This document shows positions 50,175-63,511 of a stretch of DNA of 64,000 nt, one piece after another (the first letter of the stretch is position 1; each line of letters opens with the position of its first letter). Both the position numbers and the translations under genes were made by a program. This DNA comes from Octopus vulgaris (lineage: Eukaryota): positions 30,008,001-30,072,000 of the forward strand of contig OX597831.1 of the NCBI GenBank assembly GCA_951406725.2. Reading direction: 5' to 3'. Below the pieces are notes generated by a model. The model was not told the origin of the DNA. It saw only the letters and a list, made by a program, of their open reading frames with translations, and made no database searches.

Positions 50175-50480
50175 ATCATCATCATCATCATCATCATTTA
50201 GCGTCCGTTTTCCATGCTAGCATGGGTTGGACGGTTCAACTGGGGTCTGTGAAGCCGGAAGGCTTCATCAGGCCCAGTCAGATCTGGCAGTGTTTCTACA
50301 GCTGGATGCCCTTCCTAACGCCAACCACTCCGTGAGTGTGGTGGGTGCTTTTTACGTGCCACCCGCACAGGTGCCAGACAGAGCTGGCAAACGGCCACGA
50401 ACGGATGGTGCTTTTACGTGCCGGTGGCACGGGGGCCAGGCGAGGCTTGCAACGGACACGAACAGATGGTGCTTTTATGT
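50175..50480 (-). mobile_element. Family B element with two internal units (unexpanded relative of 11749-13383)
   Basis: ctggcaaacggccacgaacggatggtgcttttacgtgcc is a close reverse complement of the 63-bp array unit. Confidence 0.85.
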
Positions 50481-51463
50481 TTTAATATTTTGCTTAGGGT
50501 CTGTGAGAAACCTGGTTTAGTGTTCAATATTCATCTGTTTCTGAATGATGCATTGAGTACAGAGCAGTAATTAGAAAATGAGATGATGATGAGAATATAA
50601 GATAGTGAACCCAAGGCCATATGGTTGGAAAGCATGTTCTTTCATCGCACAGCCATGCTTGTACCCTGTCTGTGTCTGTGTGCAATACATTCACATAAAG
50701 AAAAATAGTAAAGCGGTAAAAATGCAAAAAACAATAAGAAAAATGAAGACAGAATGGAAAAACATCTTTATTTACCTTCACAGAGAAGAGTGATAAAAAG
50801 AAGGGAGAGAAGATTTTAAAAAAAAATTGAATGTAAAAAATATTAAGAAATATATATATAAAAAAAAAACAAAGAAGTGATCAAATTTCTTATTAAAATT
50901 TTTTTTTCTTTTTTGCCTCTTCAGGATTTCATTATCTAATTAAATATTTAATTAAATATTCTTCGATTTATTCGTTACTGTCTTTTATATATTTTTTGTT
51001 TTATTTTATTTTAATGTAAATAATTACTTTTAATTTTTTTTAAATTCTAAAAAGTAAAAAAAAAAAAGAATTTATTATATTTTAGTCACAGTTTTAAAAT
51101 GTTCATTCATTTGGTTACACTTTACATATGTACCTGTGTAGGGGGTGGAGAGATGTGAGTGTATGTGTATATATATGTACATATGTGTGTGTGTGTGTGT
51201 ATATGTGTGTGTATATATATATATGTGTGTGTGTATGCTTCCAAATATATATATATGTGTGGTGTATATATACATATATGTGTGTGTTTATATATATATG
51301 TGTATATATACATATATATAATGTGTATATACATACATGTGTGCATGTACATACATAAATGCGTGTGCATATACACACATAAATATGTGTGCATGTACAT
51401 ACATACATCATTGAATGCTGATTTTCCATGCTGGCAAGTGTTGGACAGGCATGAGTTGGATGG

Positions 51464-51520
<57 letters not shown>

Positions 51521-51756
51521 TGTGTGTGTGTGTGTTAGTGTGTGTGTACAAGTATATATATTTACATATAAATAGAAATATATACATATTTACATACCTG
51601 TAGATTATATATATGTGTGCGTGTATATATAAACACACATACAAATTTATACATATCTACACACACATATATTTATAAAACATACATATACATGCTTATC
51701 TCTCTCTCTGAATGGCCACAGTCAAAATTACTGAAACTAGTAAAAGAGTGTGTGTG

Positions 51757-51805
<49 letters not shown>

Positions 51806-52034
51806 AAGAGAGAGAGAGAGAGAGAGATACTGAAATACATATATACACATACATAATACATATATATATATTGTCAAAAATACTGGCAGTTTGGTTTGGA
51901 AATTGCTAGGAGCCAATAGAAGTTCTTTAGAATATCCAAAAATGACCAACCTCATACAAATACATATATACACAGATCTAATACATATTGTCAATGATAG
52001 CTGTTCACTTTGAAGCCTTGCCAATAAAGTTTCT

Positions 52035-52270
52035 TTATTCTTTATTGCCCACAAAGGGCTAAACATAGAGGGGACAAACAAGGACAGACAAAGGGATTAA
52101 GTCAATTAGATTGACCCCAGTGCGTAGCTGGTACTTAATTTATCGACCCCGAAAGGATGAAAGGCAAAGTCAACCTCGGTGGAATTTGAACTCAGAACTT
52201 AACGGCAGACGAAATACTGCTAAGCATTTCGCCCGACGTGCTAACATTTCTGCCAGCTCGCCGCCTTCTG
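52035..52270 (-). mobile_element. SINE family C, full length with 13-bp TSD
   Basis: TSD CAATAAAGTTTCT at 52022-52034 and 52271-52283; minus head ggcggcgagctggcagaa...gagttcaaattcc. Confidence 0.9.
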
Positions 52271-52724
52271 CAATAAAGTTTCTGCAAAGGCTCAAACTGT
52301 CCAGTCACCATTGATAATACGGTTTCCACTCTGCACCCTGTATTGAGTCCTTTATTCAGTATTCAGTGCATGTTTAATGTACAATCATGTTTACAAGTAT
52401 ATATATACAAACATATAGAAACATATATATGTATATATATGTATATCTAATGGAGACAGAAAATGTTGCTATACAAGCATATATATGTACACACACACAC
52501 ACACACATAAATATTTACACACATAAGTTTATAAACAGATAATATACATACATACATACATACATACAGAAATATATATAACATATGTATAATATATACA
52601 GTTGGAATTCTGAATTATATACATATAAAGATCTTTGAGTGAATAAAAAGGAAAAAGAAAAAGGAAAAATATTAAAAAATAGTCATAAAAGAGAAATATT
52701 GTTTGAATACTGTTTTATATAACG

Positions 52725-53245
52725 GAGCAGTGAGGACTATTGAAAACATTAGTGTGTTTATTACAGCTTACATTAGGGGAAAGACCTCCAGCATAAACAG
52801 CACAACCACTGACATCATAGATAGGTCCACTTATGTCAGTTTGGTGAATACCTCCAATTGCTTCTCCAGTAAACCCATAAACACCTCCACAATTAGTAAT
52901 ATTAGTGTGTTAAATGCCTCCACCACCATGCAGCCTACGTCACCTCCATCAACATCACCATAATGAATACTTCCATCTCCACCACCAGGAATGACCTCCA
53001 ACAGATCCCCAACCCCAACACCATTAAAACAACCATGATGACTACTTCCATCATATATACCCGCCTCCAATTCCTCCAATGAGAGTTGCTTCCCTTTTAT
53101 ATCCAACAGAGGGCACCCCGAGCTGACTATGGTGTTTTTACATTTATATGTCTTGTGTGAGAATTCCTTTCCCCCATAACAAACTGCCATGAAAGAACTG
53201 CTCTTAAATTTGTTTAGTTTCAGCCGCTGCTTTGCACATCACTTC
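52725..53245 (-). pseudogene. Possible decayed exon of a Gly-rich secreted/structural protein
   Basis: Joining two frames across two shifts gives SQLGVPSVGYKREATLIGGIGG/GIYDGSSHHGCFNGVGVGDLLEVIPGGGDGSIHYGDVDGGDVG/HGGGGI*HTNITNCGGVYGFTGEAIGGIHQTDISGPIYDVSGCAVYAGGLSPN then gtaagc. Confidence 0.35.
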
Positions 53246-53249
53246 ATGA

Positions 53250-53294
<45 letters not shown>

Positions 53295-53379
53295 ATTGGG
53301 GATCTATTTTTAGCGCAAGAGCATCCACATAGTGGACCCTATTTTATATTTGTGTATATATACATACATACTCTCTTTT

Positions 53380-53770
53380 TTTTTATTTGTTTCAGTCATT
53401 TGACTGCGGCCATGCTGGAGCACCGCCATTAGTCAAGCAAATCGACCCCAGGACTTATTCTTTGTAAGCCTAGTACTTATTCTATCGGCCTCTTTTGTCG
53501 AACCGCTAAGTTATGGGAACGTAAACACACCAGCATCGGTTCTCAAGCGATGTTGGGGGGACAAACACAGACACACAAACACACACACAAATATATATAT
53601 ACATATATGCGACGGGCTTCTTTCAGTTTCCGTCTACCAAATCCACTCACAAGGCTTTGGTCGGCCTGATGCTATAGTAGAAGACACTTGCCCAAGGTGT
53701 CACACAGTGGGACTGAACCCGGAAACATGTGGTTGGTAAGCAAGCTACTTACCACACAGCCACTCCTGCA
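53380..53770 (-). mobile_element. SINE family A, full length
   Basis: Complete match. Confidence 0.9.
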
Positions 53771-53780
53771 ACCTGTATAA

Positions 53781-53815
<35 letters not shown>

Positions 53816-54145
53816 AGGAGAGAGTGGATTATATATCCAGTTGAATCAATATCATTCTGCCAAAACTTGTGTGTGGAGGCACATGGCCTAATGGTTAGAG
53901 TAGCAAACTTGCGGTCGAGGGATCACAGGTTTCGAATCTCAGGTTGATTTCTTTGACTAAAAACCCTCCAAAGGCGGTGCTCCAGCATGGCCACAGTAAA
54001 AGAACAGGAATTTTAGTGCAGTACTTTGTCAGTGTGGTCATTGATGAGAGCATAATGACCAGTAGAGGATGGTCAAGGCTGGGTCAACAGTAGATATATC
54101 ATCCTTTGAAAGACATTAAACATTTAGCATTCAGATAATTTTGAG

Positions 54146-54610
54146 TGCTGGGCCTTACAGAGGCTGAGTTCCTTTTAAGCGGGCCTCACAGTGGCGAGGT
54201 GGTTGAGTTTTTCTCAAGCATTGGGCCTCATGGAGGTAAAGTGGATGAGCTTCTTTTGAGTGTTGGGCTTCATGGAGGCAATGACCAAGACTTTGGAATT
54301 AAGTCGTGCTTGAGACCCATCAAGACCCATCAAGCTGAGCAGACTCACAGTCGTGGCAGATACCGGTGTCACACAAACTGACACCTGTTGTGGTGGCATG
54401 TAAATGCACTCTGGCATCACGCAAATGGCACCTGTGCCAGTGGCACATAAAAGCATCCATTACACTCTCAGAGTAGTTGGCATTAGGAAAGGTATCCAGC
54501 TGTAGAAAACCATGCCAAAGTAGACTGGAGTCTGGTGCAGCCTTCCAGCATGCCTGCCCAGTCAAACTGTCCAACCCATGCCAGCATGGACAATGGACGT
54601 TAAATGATGA
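54146..54610 (+). mobile_element. 5'-truncated RTE LINE end: tandem copies of the last ORF codons plus family B tail
   Basis: VLGLTEA / LGFMEAMT.. motif repeated about 4 times, then the family B terminus; GATAATT on both sides, inside a piggyBac-type MITE. Confidence 0.65.
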
Positions 54611-55175
54611 TGATAATTCTGTCAAATGCAACCCTTATTTATTCACATTAATTTGAATTATCATATTTAAAAATGTATAAGGAATCCCCTAATTTTTAGG
54701 GTTTAAAATTTGGAAGAAAGATTTTGTAATGGATTATAATATTATTCATGTATAAGAAACTCCTAAATTTTTTTAACCGAATTTTTGACACTATATTATA
54801 GTTCAAACTCAGTACTTATTCTATTGGTCCCTTAGGCCAAGCTGCTTAGGTACGAGGATGTAAACAAACCAGCACCGATCATCAAGCGGTGGCAGGAAAA
54901 AAAAACACAAAGGCACACACACATATATACATATTATATATATATGTATATATATACATATGATGGATCTTTTTCAGTTTTTTTTTTCTACCAAATCCAC
55001 TCACAAGGCTTTTGGTCGACCCGAAGCTATAGCAAAAGACTCTTGCCCAAAGTGTCACACATGTGGTTGGGAAACAAACTTCTTATCACGCATCCATCCC
55101 TGTGCCTACACATATATACATATAAAACTATATATACATATATAGTATTAATAAAATAGGAGATGGAGTGTGTAA

Positions 55176-55245
55176 TAGACTTTATTGGGTACAACACGTT
55201 TCAATCCATTCCGGGTCTCATCAGGTACATCAATAAAAAAGTCTA
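55176..55245 (-). ncRNA. Type-I hammerhead motif, canonical core, extended stem I
   Basis: Minus: tagac..tttattgat-GTAC-CTGATGA-gacccggaatggatt-GAAA-cgtg-TT-GTAC-ccaataaagtcta. Confidence 0.7.
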
Positions 55246-55861
55246 CGGATAACAACAGGTAATCGAAACTGTGCCAGTGCTTTACTCTTCAACCATGTCT
55301 ACATTTTGTACAATTTCTCCATGATATATATATGTATGTGCATACATATGTATGTGTGTGTATGTATACATAAATAAAAAGGAATTATATTTATATATAT
55401 ATATATATACACATATACATATGTATGTGTGAGGCACACCTACAAGAGGTCCTCGTTTAACTCTCTTTTGTCAAACGTCGTTCCATTATAACAACGGTGA
55501 AAAATACAATAAACCCAAATACTGTGAGATAATCCTTAAAATGCACAACAATAATCCATGAAGTTCCAACTCTTTCAGTCAGTGTTATGAGCAGCAGACC
55601 ATTTTTCTGGCAAGTTTGTGGTTGGGTGGTGAACCAGAGTTTGGAATTTTTCAGTTTTTTAGATGAAGAGTTTAAAGTATGCTAAACACCACAGCTAAAA
55701 AAAACTGGTTTCAAATTTTGGCACAAGGCCAGCAATTTCAAGGACAGGGCATGTTGATTACATTGGCCCCCAGCGCTCAGCTGGTACTTATTTTATCAAC
55801 CCTGAAAGGATGAAAAGCGAAGTCGACCTCAGTAGAATTTGGATTCAAAATTTAAATAGAA

Positions 55862-56119
55862 ATAATCTATTTCTAAATCTCTCAGAGAGATTTATGCAGT
55901 AGTAGCATAATAAAGTGATAGTATGTTGTCAACTTAATTTGACACTCCCACAAAAGGGAAGAGTGCTACTATTATTTAGCTCTAGGAAAAACCGTTTCCT
56001 GTTGGACTTGACACATTTCCTGTCTCCTGATGTTTTCAAAGTGGAGACAAGGGCTAAATAACAGTAGCATTCTTCCTTTTTATGGGAGTGGCACATTAAG
56101 ATGACAACATGCTATCACT
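55862..56119 (-). mobile_element. Fold-back element related to the 37324 and 57062 family
   Basis: 55914-55983 pairs with 56050-56119; the family end motif gagatttagaaat lies on minus at ~55869-55882. Confidence 0.7.
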
Positions 56120-56317
56120 CTTTACTTTTTTACTTGTTTCAGTCATTTGACTGTGGCCATGCTGGAGCACCACCTTTAGTTTAGCAAATCAACCCCAGGA
56201 CTTATTCTTCATAAGCCTAGTACTTATTTCATCAGTCACTTTTGACGAACTGCTAAGTTACGGGGACGTAAACACACCAGCATCGGTTGTCAAGCGATGT
56301 TGGGGGGACAAACACAG

Positions 56318-56350
<33 letters not shown>

Positions 56351-56510
56351 CACAACGGGCTTCTTTCAGTTTCCGTCTACCAAATCTACTCACAAGACTG
56401 GTCAGCCCGAGGCTATAGTAGAAGACACTTGCCCAAGGTGCCATGCAGTGGGACTGAACCCAGAACCATGTGGTTCATAAGCAAGCTACTTACCACACAG
56501 CCGCTCCTAC
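56120..56510 (-). mobile_element. SINE family A, full length
   Basis: Complete match. Confidence 0.9.
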
Positions 56511-56693
56511 ACTTTATCAAAATTTGAAGATGAAATGTTAAACAGTTTGTTTGGTACTTTACATCACAGCTAAACTATAAAAATAAACTAATGTTTTAAA
56601 AAAATGTAATTAAATATCTGTAACATACAGTATAATTATAAACAGGGCGAAGTTTAGACATTTCTCTGCAGACTGGGAAAAAATGATGAACAA

Positions 56694-56734
56694 CCTTAAT
56701 CAATTTTCGAACCTTATTGGGTCCTCATCGGAGG
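56694..56734 (-). ncRNA. Minimal hammerhead motif, CCGA core variant
   Basis: Minus: CCT-CCGATGA-GGACC caataa GGTTC-GAAA-ATTGAT-TA-AGG. Confidence 0.7.
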
Positions 56735-57061
56735 CGTCTAAATCATTCTGATAGCCTCCAGAGAAACAAGCAGCCAAACTGTTTATATACTCAACAAATG
56801 CAGCAGTTACTCTATGAAGGAGTCCCTAATTTGCATACTGAAAGTGTTTAACTCTTTATAAATACTAGCGACCTGTCAATGGGGGATCTTAATACAAGCT
56901 GTATAATCAATAATGTATAACTATATCGATCATTTGATTTCATTTATTTCACTGTTGTCAACTAAGATAGAAACTTTGTATGTCTACCAACTCTTTCATT
57001 AAAATGTAACACCTTTAAGGTATGACGATAGTTAAAACATAAACAATTATGAAATTGTATT

Positions 57062-57368
57062 TAAAGTAGTTGTATACTGTCAACATAATGTGACAGTCCC
57101 ATGAAGGGAATCATACTATTGCTATTTAGCCCTAGGAAGCAGCAACGCTTCCTGTCGGCCTTGACACATTTCTTGTGTCCTTATGTTTGCAAGGGGGAGA
57201 TGAGCACCGCCACCCAGCTAAGCCTGCACAGGAAATGTGTCAAGGCCGACAGGAAGCATTGCTGCTTCCTAGGGCTAAATAGCAGTAGTATGATTCCCTT
57301 CATGGGACTGTCACATTAAGTTGACAGTATACAACTACTTTATCATACTGAGATATTTAGAAATGTAT
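57062..57368 (+). mobile_element. Fold-back element, 116-bp arms, same family as 37324-37794
   Basis: 57062-57177 is a near-perfect reverse complement of 57227-57342; ends gagatatttagaaat then TA-rich sequence. Confidence 0.85.
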
Positions 57369-57459
57369 TATATATATAAATTGTATTTAGATATCTGAAA
57401 ATATATGGTGAAATATGTGGATGTAATATATAGTTACTAGCATATTAAACTAGGTACTT

Positions 57460-58445
57460 ATATGGGTGATTGCCATACCTAGTGACTGGTGTAGCAGCAT
57501 CAGAGACAAAAGAAAGGTTCTAGAAAGGAGTAACTGCAGAGGCATCATTTGATGGACCTGGTTATGAAAGTTACTGAAAGAGTTATGACTGATCAGGAAG
57601 AAAATTAAGTGAAATGTGAAGCTATTTGGGTTTATGTCCAACCAGAGTACTATTGATACTCTCTTCCCAATGAGATAACTATATGAGATGTATTTAGCTA
57701 GGAGTATGCCACTTTACAAAGAATTCTATAACTTGGAGAAGGCTTCAAGTATCCATGGTGTCTAAAGTGGTGGCCACTAACAAAACTAGGAGCAAATGAA
57801 GAATTTGTGAAAGCAATGTTTAGAAACGCTGTCAGCAAAGTGAGAGTTCAATAAGGAATTTAGTGTTTAGGCAAGGATTTATCAGGTTCAGTTATCATAC
57901 TCTGCTTGAGTATAATTTAACTCTTCTGGCCTTAAGAAAGGAATTTAAGACTGGCTGACTAATGGGAACTCCCATATGGCAATGATCTAGTTCATGTAAC
58001 TGAATACATAGAGGATGTGAAGAAAAAATTCCAGATAAAGAAGTAAAACGTAGAATCGAGAGTTAACTTGGTAAAGTTTTAGAAGGAAAGAAGACAGAAC
58101 CTTACTCTCATGAGAAAAAATGGTCATGAAGAATATAGAGAATAAGAGGAAGTAGAATTTTTATATAGTGCACTTAATGTAAACTATAAAAATGCAAGAG
58201 ATATCATGGATTTCAGGTAGGCTATTGGGGAATATAGACTTTGAATGATGAGAAATGTATGGGAGCAGCTAGCAGTATGTGTGAAATGGGTCCCTTCCAA
58301 TGCTTTGAAAGCTACCTCAAACTATTTTGGGTATTCCAAAAATATAGTCACGAGAGTAAGAACAGAATGGGGAAAAGGTTAGTGATCCATTACATCTGTT
58401 AGCAACAAAGGGCTTCTCTCTCTCTGAGTGAAGGGCCAAAAGTGC
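57460..58445 (+). pseudogene. RTE-clade LINE reverse-transcriptase region, heavily decayed
   Basis: Remnants IPSDWCSSI, LERSNCRGI, VMKVTERV, FGFMS..STID, KAMFRNAVSKVRV, WELPYGNDLV (YADD equivalent) and LATKG.SL*VKG. Confidence 0.75.
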
Positions 58446-59849
58446 ATTCAGCATCCTGTCTGAGCATGTTCTCACCATCCTTTCTTTAATGCTAACCATC
58501 CTTCTTTCGCTCATTACTCTCCCATTAGTTATCATCAACATTCATCACGCTCTCTCTCTCACCATCCTCCACTTTTATTGTAAGCCAGCATTTGCTCCCA
58601 TTACTTTCTCTCTTCCCTCCATCGCTTCTTAAGATCATCATTTGTTCAAGGCAACATGACAGAGAGGGTTAATAATAAAGAAAGGACTAGAGCAAGAGGG
58701 TGATAGAAGAGAGGGTAAACTGGAAGAGAGAGTGATAGGAATGAGAGGATGATAGAGAAGAGAGTAATGGAAGAGAGACAGTAATAGATAACTACATGCT
58801 GGTTGTTCAATCATGGTGTTTATGCAATTTTTCTATTCACCTCACTAATCTAATAATCCTTATGTAGCTTTCACTGTCTCTCTCCCATGACTTCCTCCTC
58901 TATCATCCTCTCATTGCCACCAATCTCTTTCCCCTACCTTGCTCTCTCTTCGGTTCAGCATCTATGTCATGTTGCCTTGAACAAAGATATTGAAGGGTAA
59001 AGAGAACTGTTTTGTCCTTCCAGGGACAAGACAACCTCACAGGTGCTGGTGCCATGATAAAATGACTCCCCTGTACACTCTGTAAATGTGGTTGATGGTA
59101 GAAAAAAACATTCACACATAGAGGCCATGCTAAAAATGGAACATATGAACAAGACATTCCTGAATTCTCTAAGAGAGCAATATTGACCCATCCAACCCAT
59201 GCCAGCATGGAAAATCAGAAGTAAAAATGATGACGATGATGATGATAACGATGATAGTGAAAATGATGATGATGATGATGACCAGACTAATATATTTCTA
59301 AAACAGAAGCAATTCGATCATTATGAATCTAGATCTAACTCTACTTTCTTTGATGCGCTGACAGCAAGATGTTTTTGTTTTGTTTTTTGGACTTTCATAA
59401 GCAATGTACATTTCAGTCGGAGATTTAGACATTGTTTAAAAGAAAACTATAATAAAGAGGAACAAATTATTGCAGTGTGGGATACATGCTAACAGCAGTG
59501 TTGTCATAGCAACACTGCCATATATCACGTAACACCATAAAACAAAGAACAATGCATCTTAATCTGGAGTAAAATCTGACCAAAACTGCATTGCAGACTT
59601 GTGAGGTTTGAGGAACTATTGGAGTTATCAGGAGATTATTGAGATGGCACCATACACTGGATTTAATGAAATTAATTAAGATACAGTGAAGTTATGTGAA
59701 TCACGTGATGAAGGAATATTTAACGATGATTTTATGGAAATGGATGAGCATTGGGTTAAAACAATGATGATGATGATGGTGAAAGATTTGTTTGAAGCGT
59801 TTTAGATTTTAGATGAAGTTATGTTTTTTTGGGGTTTTTTTTTTCTTTC

Positions 59850-60237
59850 ATGGAAAAAGGGGAAAGATGAGAAGATGTTCATAAAAGAGGAAATTTCTAG
59901 AAGCCATTGGATAAATAATGGATACCACCACTACAAGGAATTATACAAACAGAAGACAAACTGAACTGTCACAACAAACCTTGGACAAGTCTTTTACCCT
60001 CTGTCTGTACTAAAGCATTTCCATAAGTTTGTCCTAAACATCCATGCTTGTTTTCACTCTTTTAGTTAGCCCTTGTTTCTTAATTCCTGTGTAAGAAAAA
60101 GCTTTCCTTTCACAAATCCAAAGTTACTCTAGTGATTGAAAAAAATCAGGAATGTATATTATATATGATGCATAGATTCCAGGGAAATATGCAGCCCTGT
60201 ATATTGCATGTGGTGCACAAGACAGGAAAAGGGTTAA
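59850..60237 (+). mobile_element. piggyBac-like 3' end remnant (second diverged copy 60789-61007)
   Basis: Ends ...aaaaggg|TTAA; ~220 bp homologous to 60800-61007. Confidence 0.5.
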
Positions 60238-60309
60238 ACAACATTAATAATATTATAATAGTTTATTACTTTCCACAAGGGCAATTAAAAAGAAAATGTT
60301 ATAGGGACA

Positions 60310-60765
60310 TCATCATCATCATTGTTTAACATCTGCTTTCCATGCTAGCATGGGTTGAACGATTTGACTGAGGTCTGGTAAACCAGATGGCTGCACCAGG
60401 CTCCAATCTGATCTGGCAGAGTTTCTACAACTGGATACCTTTCCTAACGCCAACCATCTGAGAGTGTAGTGGATACTTTTACGTGCCACCGGCACGAGGG
60501 CCAGTCAGGCGGTACTGGCAACGGCCACACTCAAATGGTGCTTTTTATGTGCCATTTGCACAGGAGCCAGTCCAGTGGCACTGGCAACGACCTTGCTTGA
60601 ATGTTTTTTCACGTGCCTCCAGCACAAGTGCCAGTAAGGCGACGCAGGTAATGATCACGCTTGATATTTTTTACATGCCACCAGCACGGAAGCCAGTTTG
60701 TCGCTCTGGCAGCGATCACATATGGATGGTACTCTTAGCGCTCCACTAGCACGGATGCCAGTGCT
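60310..60765 (-). mobile_element. Family B element with 4-5 diverged internal units
   Basis: (CAT)n, family B terminus, then repeated ttttacgtgccac motifs at ~60-65 bp spacing. Confidence 0.85.
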
Positions 60766-61319
60766 AGAAATACAACAAACAAAGAATTAACCCTTCACTT
60801 GCCTAAAGCATTTTCACAAGGTTGTCCTAAATGCTTTTAGTTACCCTTCTTTCATATGTTCTGAGTAATTTGAAGCTTTCCTTTCATAAGCCCAAGTTTC
60901 TCTAGTGATTGAAAAAAATTGGGAATGTGTGTCACATACGATACATGGATACCAGGAAAATATGTCCTGTGTACCACATGTAATACACAGGACAGGTGAA
61001 TGATTAAAGTTAATTAATTATATTGGTTTTGATTAGTTCTCCTAAAATGTATTCAGAGCACCTCGTTTTTGGAAGTGTTTGGACTTAATTTAGAAGTTTG
61101 ATGATATTTTTTCTGGTTAGGAATATACTGTAAGAACCTAACTCTTGTTTATACCATAAAGACTGTGCAAGAATTGGTTTTGGTTTCATGTTATCTTGTT
61201 TCACAAGGTCACACTTCGCAAGAATATGTCAACATTAACCTATTTGTTGAAATTGTTTAAATTTGCTTATATTAATTTTGAAAATAATAAAAAATTTAGT
61301 AACATAACATTGTCCTTAG

Positions 61320-61541
61320 CCCTTTCATGACTGTATTTATTTTGAGATGTTCTGTGTTTCTTTTAATTACTTTAAATATAACAAAGAAATTAGTAAAATA
61401 ACATAGTTATCATTAAGCTAGCATTAGGAACATAAAATTGTGACTAAGGTTTGGTGGAAGATTTTAATTCAGAACTTATGAAAACAAGGCATTTGTACTA
61501 CAGAGCCAGAGTCGGTTTCAGCCGGGTTGGTAACGAAAGGG
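61320..61541. mobile_element. piggyBac-type MITE
   Basis: ttag|CCCTTTCATGAC ... GTAACGAAAGGG|ttaa terminal inverted repeats with TTAA-like target. Confidence 0.75.
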
Positions 61542-61610
61542 TTAAGCTGCTATTTGGAACATAATTTGGCATTAAATTTCGATGTAAGATTTTAATTTAG
61601 ATCACTTTAA

Positions 61611-62224
61611 CCCATTTGTTACCATATTTCTCTCTTTACTCTTTTACTTGTTTCAGTCATTTGACTGTGGCCATGCTGGAGCACCACCTTTAGCCGAGCA
61701 AATCAACCCCAGGACTTATTCTTTGGAAACCTAGTACTTATTCTATCGGTCTCTTTTGCCGAAATGCTAAGTTATGGGGACGTAAATACACTAGCATCGT
61801 TTGTCAAGCGATGTTGGGGGGGACAAACACAAACACACATATATATATATATATATATACGATGGGCTTCTTTCAGTTCCCGTCTACCAAATCCACTCAC
61901 AAGGCTTTGGTCAGCCCGAGGCTATAGTAGAAGTCACTTGCCCAAGGTGCCACACAGTGGGACTGAACCCAGAACCATGTGGTTGGTAAGCAAGCTACTT
62001 ACCTCAGAGCCACTTCTATGCCTGTTTCTGTTGAAATGCACTGCCTTTGCTTAAATTAATTTCATTTAATTTTGAAAATAATTAATTTAGTAAAATAACT
62101 TTGTTGTTATCAAAATGGTGTTTGACACAAAATTTTTGATGGGAGGTTTTTAGTCTAGAACACTCTAAAACAGGCTGTTTGTATCATAGACTCAGTAGTC
62201 TTGGGTGAAATGGTATTGAAAGGG
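61611..62224. mobile_element. piggyBac-type MITE interrupted by a SINE family A copy (61632-62020, minus)
   Basis: ttaa|CCCATTTGTTACC ... GGTATTGAAAGGG|ttaa. Confidence 0.7.
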
Positions 62225-63511
62225 TTAAGTGAGGATCTGTTGTACACATGTTAATATTCCAAAGGTAGAAATGAAGGTGTAGGACAATGGATGGGTAGGA
62301 TATAGGGTGGATAGGATTAGGGCCATGAGCCAGAGATTTACATAAAATGTTGATGATGATGATGAATTCCAATATTTTAAATCCAAGTTTATCCCTGTTA
62401 ATGAGGGTGGCTGGATCTACCTCACTCTTACAGCAACATCTCTCCCAGTTTTGGGCATCCTCCCTCCTCAAATCAACCCTCCCAATCTCCTCTGCTACCT
62501 GTCCCTTAATTAGCTATAGATAAGCCCTGTAACTCTTTAGCATTCAATTACTTTATCAAATATAACAAAATGCTTATTTACCTGTAATCTATTAAATTAA
62601 TCATATTTTACCTAGCAGCTTCAACGGTGTAATTGTTTATTTTTAGAATGACATTGTAGGATAGGTGTGAGAGGCTGGATCTAGCTGGTATGAACATAGA
62701 AAAGGTTGAATATTTAGGCCAAATATGACTGGTTTAAATGCAAAAGGGGTCAGAGTAAAACACAGCTACCCTAAACAGAATCTTCGTTAATCTGATGAAA
62801 CCTTCATTAACATCCAGCATGAAGGTCAATTCTCACTGTGCAAAGTTAGGTCTATCGCTGGAGGTCTAGACCAGCTGGTATGGCTAAGCCTAATGTGTCT
62901 AGGTGGGACACTTGATGGCACTACGTACCCTACTGTGTCTTCTAAAATTACTGATACAGGGGTCGCAATCAAGGGCAGCTGACCAACATCTGGAAACAAG
63001 TCCCCCAAAGCTATTAGGGGACAAACCACAAAAACTGCTTTGAAACCCTAAATAATTGGGTAAGGAGTCCCCAGTTCTAATCTTGGCACACATGTAGTCT
63101 TGTAAAAGACAAAAGATTTATAAAGATATATACAAAATTGTCAGAGAAAGGGATTGTCAGACCCCACCCCTTCTCCGGTAACACAACTGAGTTTCGGGAT
63201 CCATATCAAGGACCCTAATACCATGACATATCAGATTAAACCTTCCAATTTCAGAATATTTTATATACACACTCATACATACATACATACACACACATAC
63301 ATACAGCAATACAGCAAATTTGATAGACAAAATAACTAAAACCCAATTTACGTATGTGTATTTGTATATATATATAATATATATATCATGTGACTGACCA
63401 GGCTATAAGATGTCTCATATCACTGGTCACAATGCGCCTTCGCATTGTTTTAGCATTCAAATGACACCACCTAGCTGGGTAGGCGAGCAGGCTAACATAT
63501 ATACATATACA

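Noticed and set aside
50900-50945. Splice acceptor (polypyrimidine-CAG|G)
   Set aside because: Followed by very AT-rich sequence with early stops and has no partner exon; unsupported.
62792-62832. Hammerhead (CTGATGA plus 8-bp stem II)
   Set aside because: No GAAA, stem III or stem I follows the hairpin.
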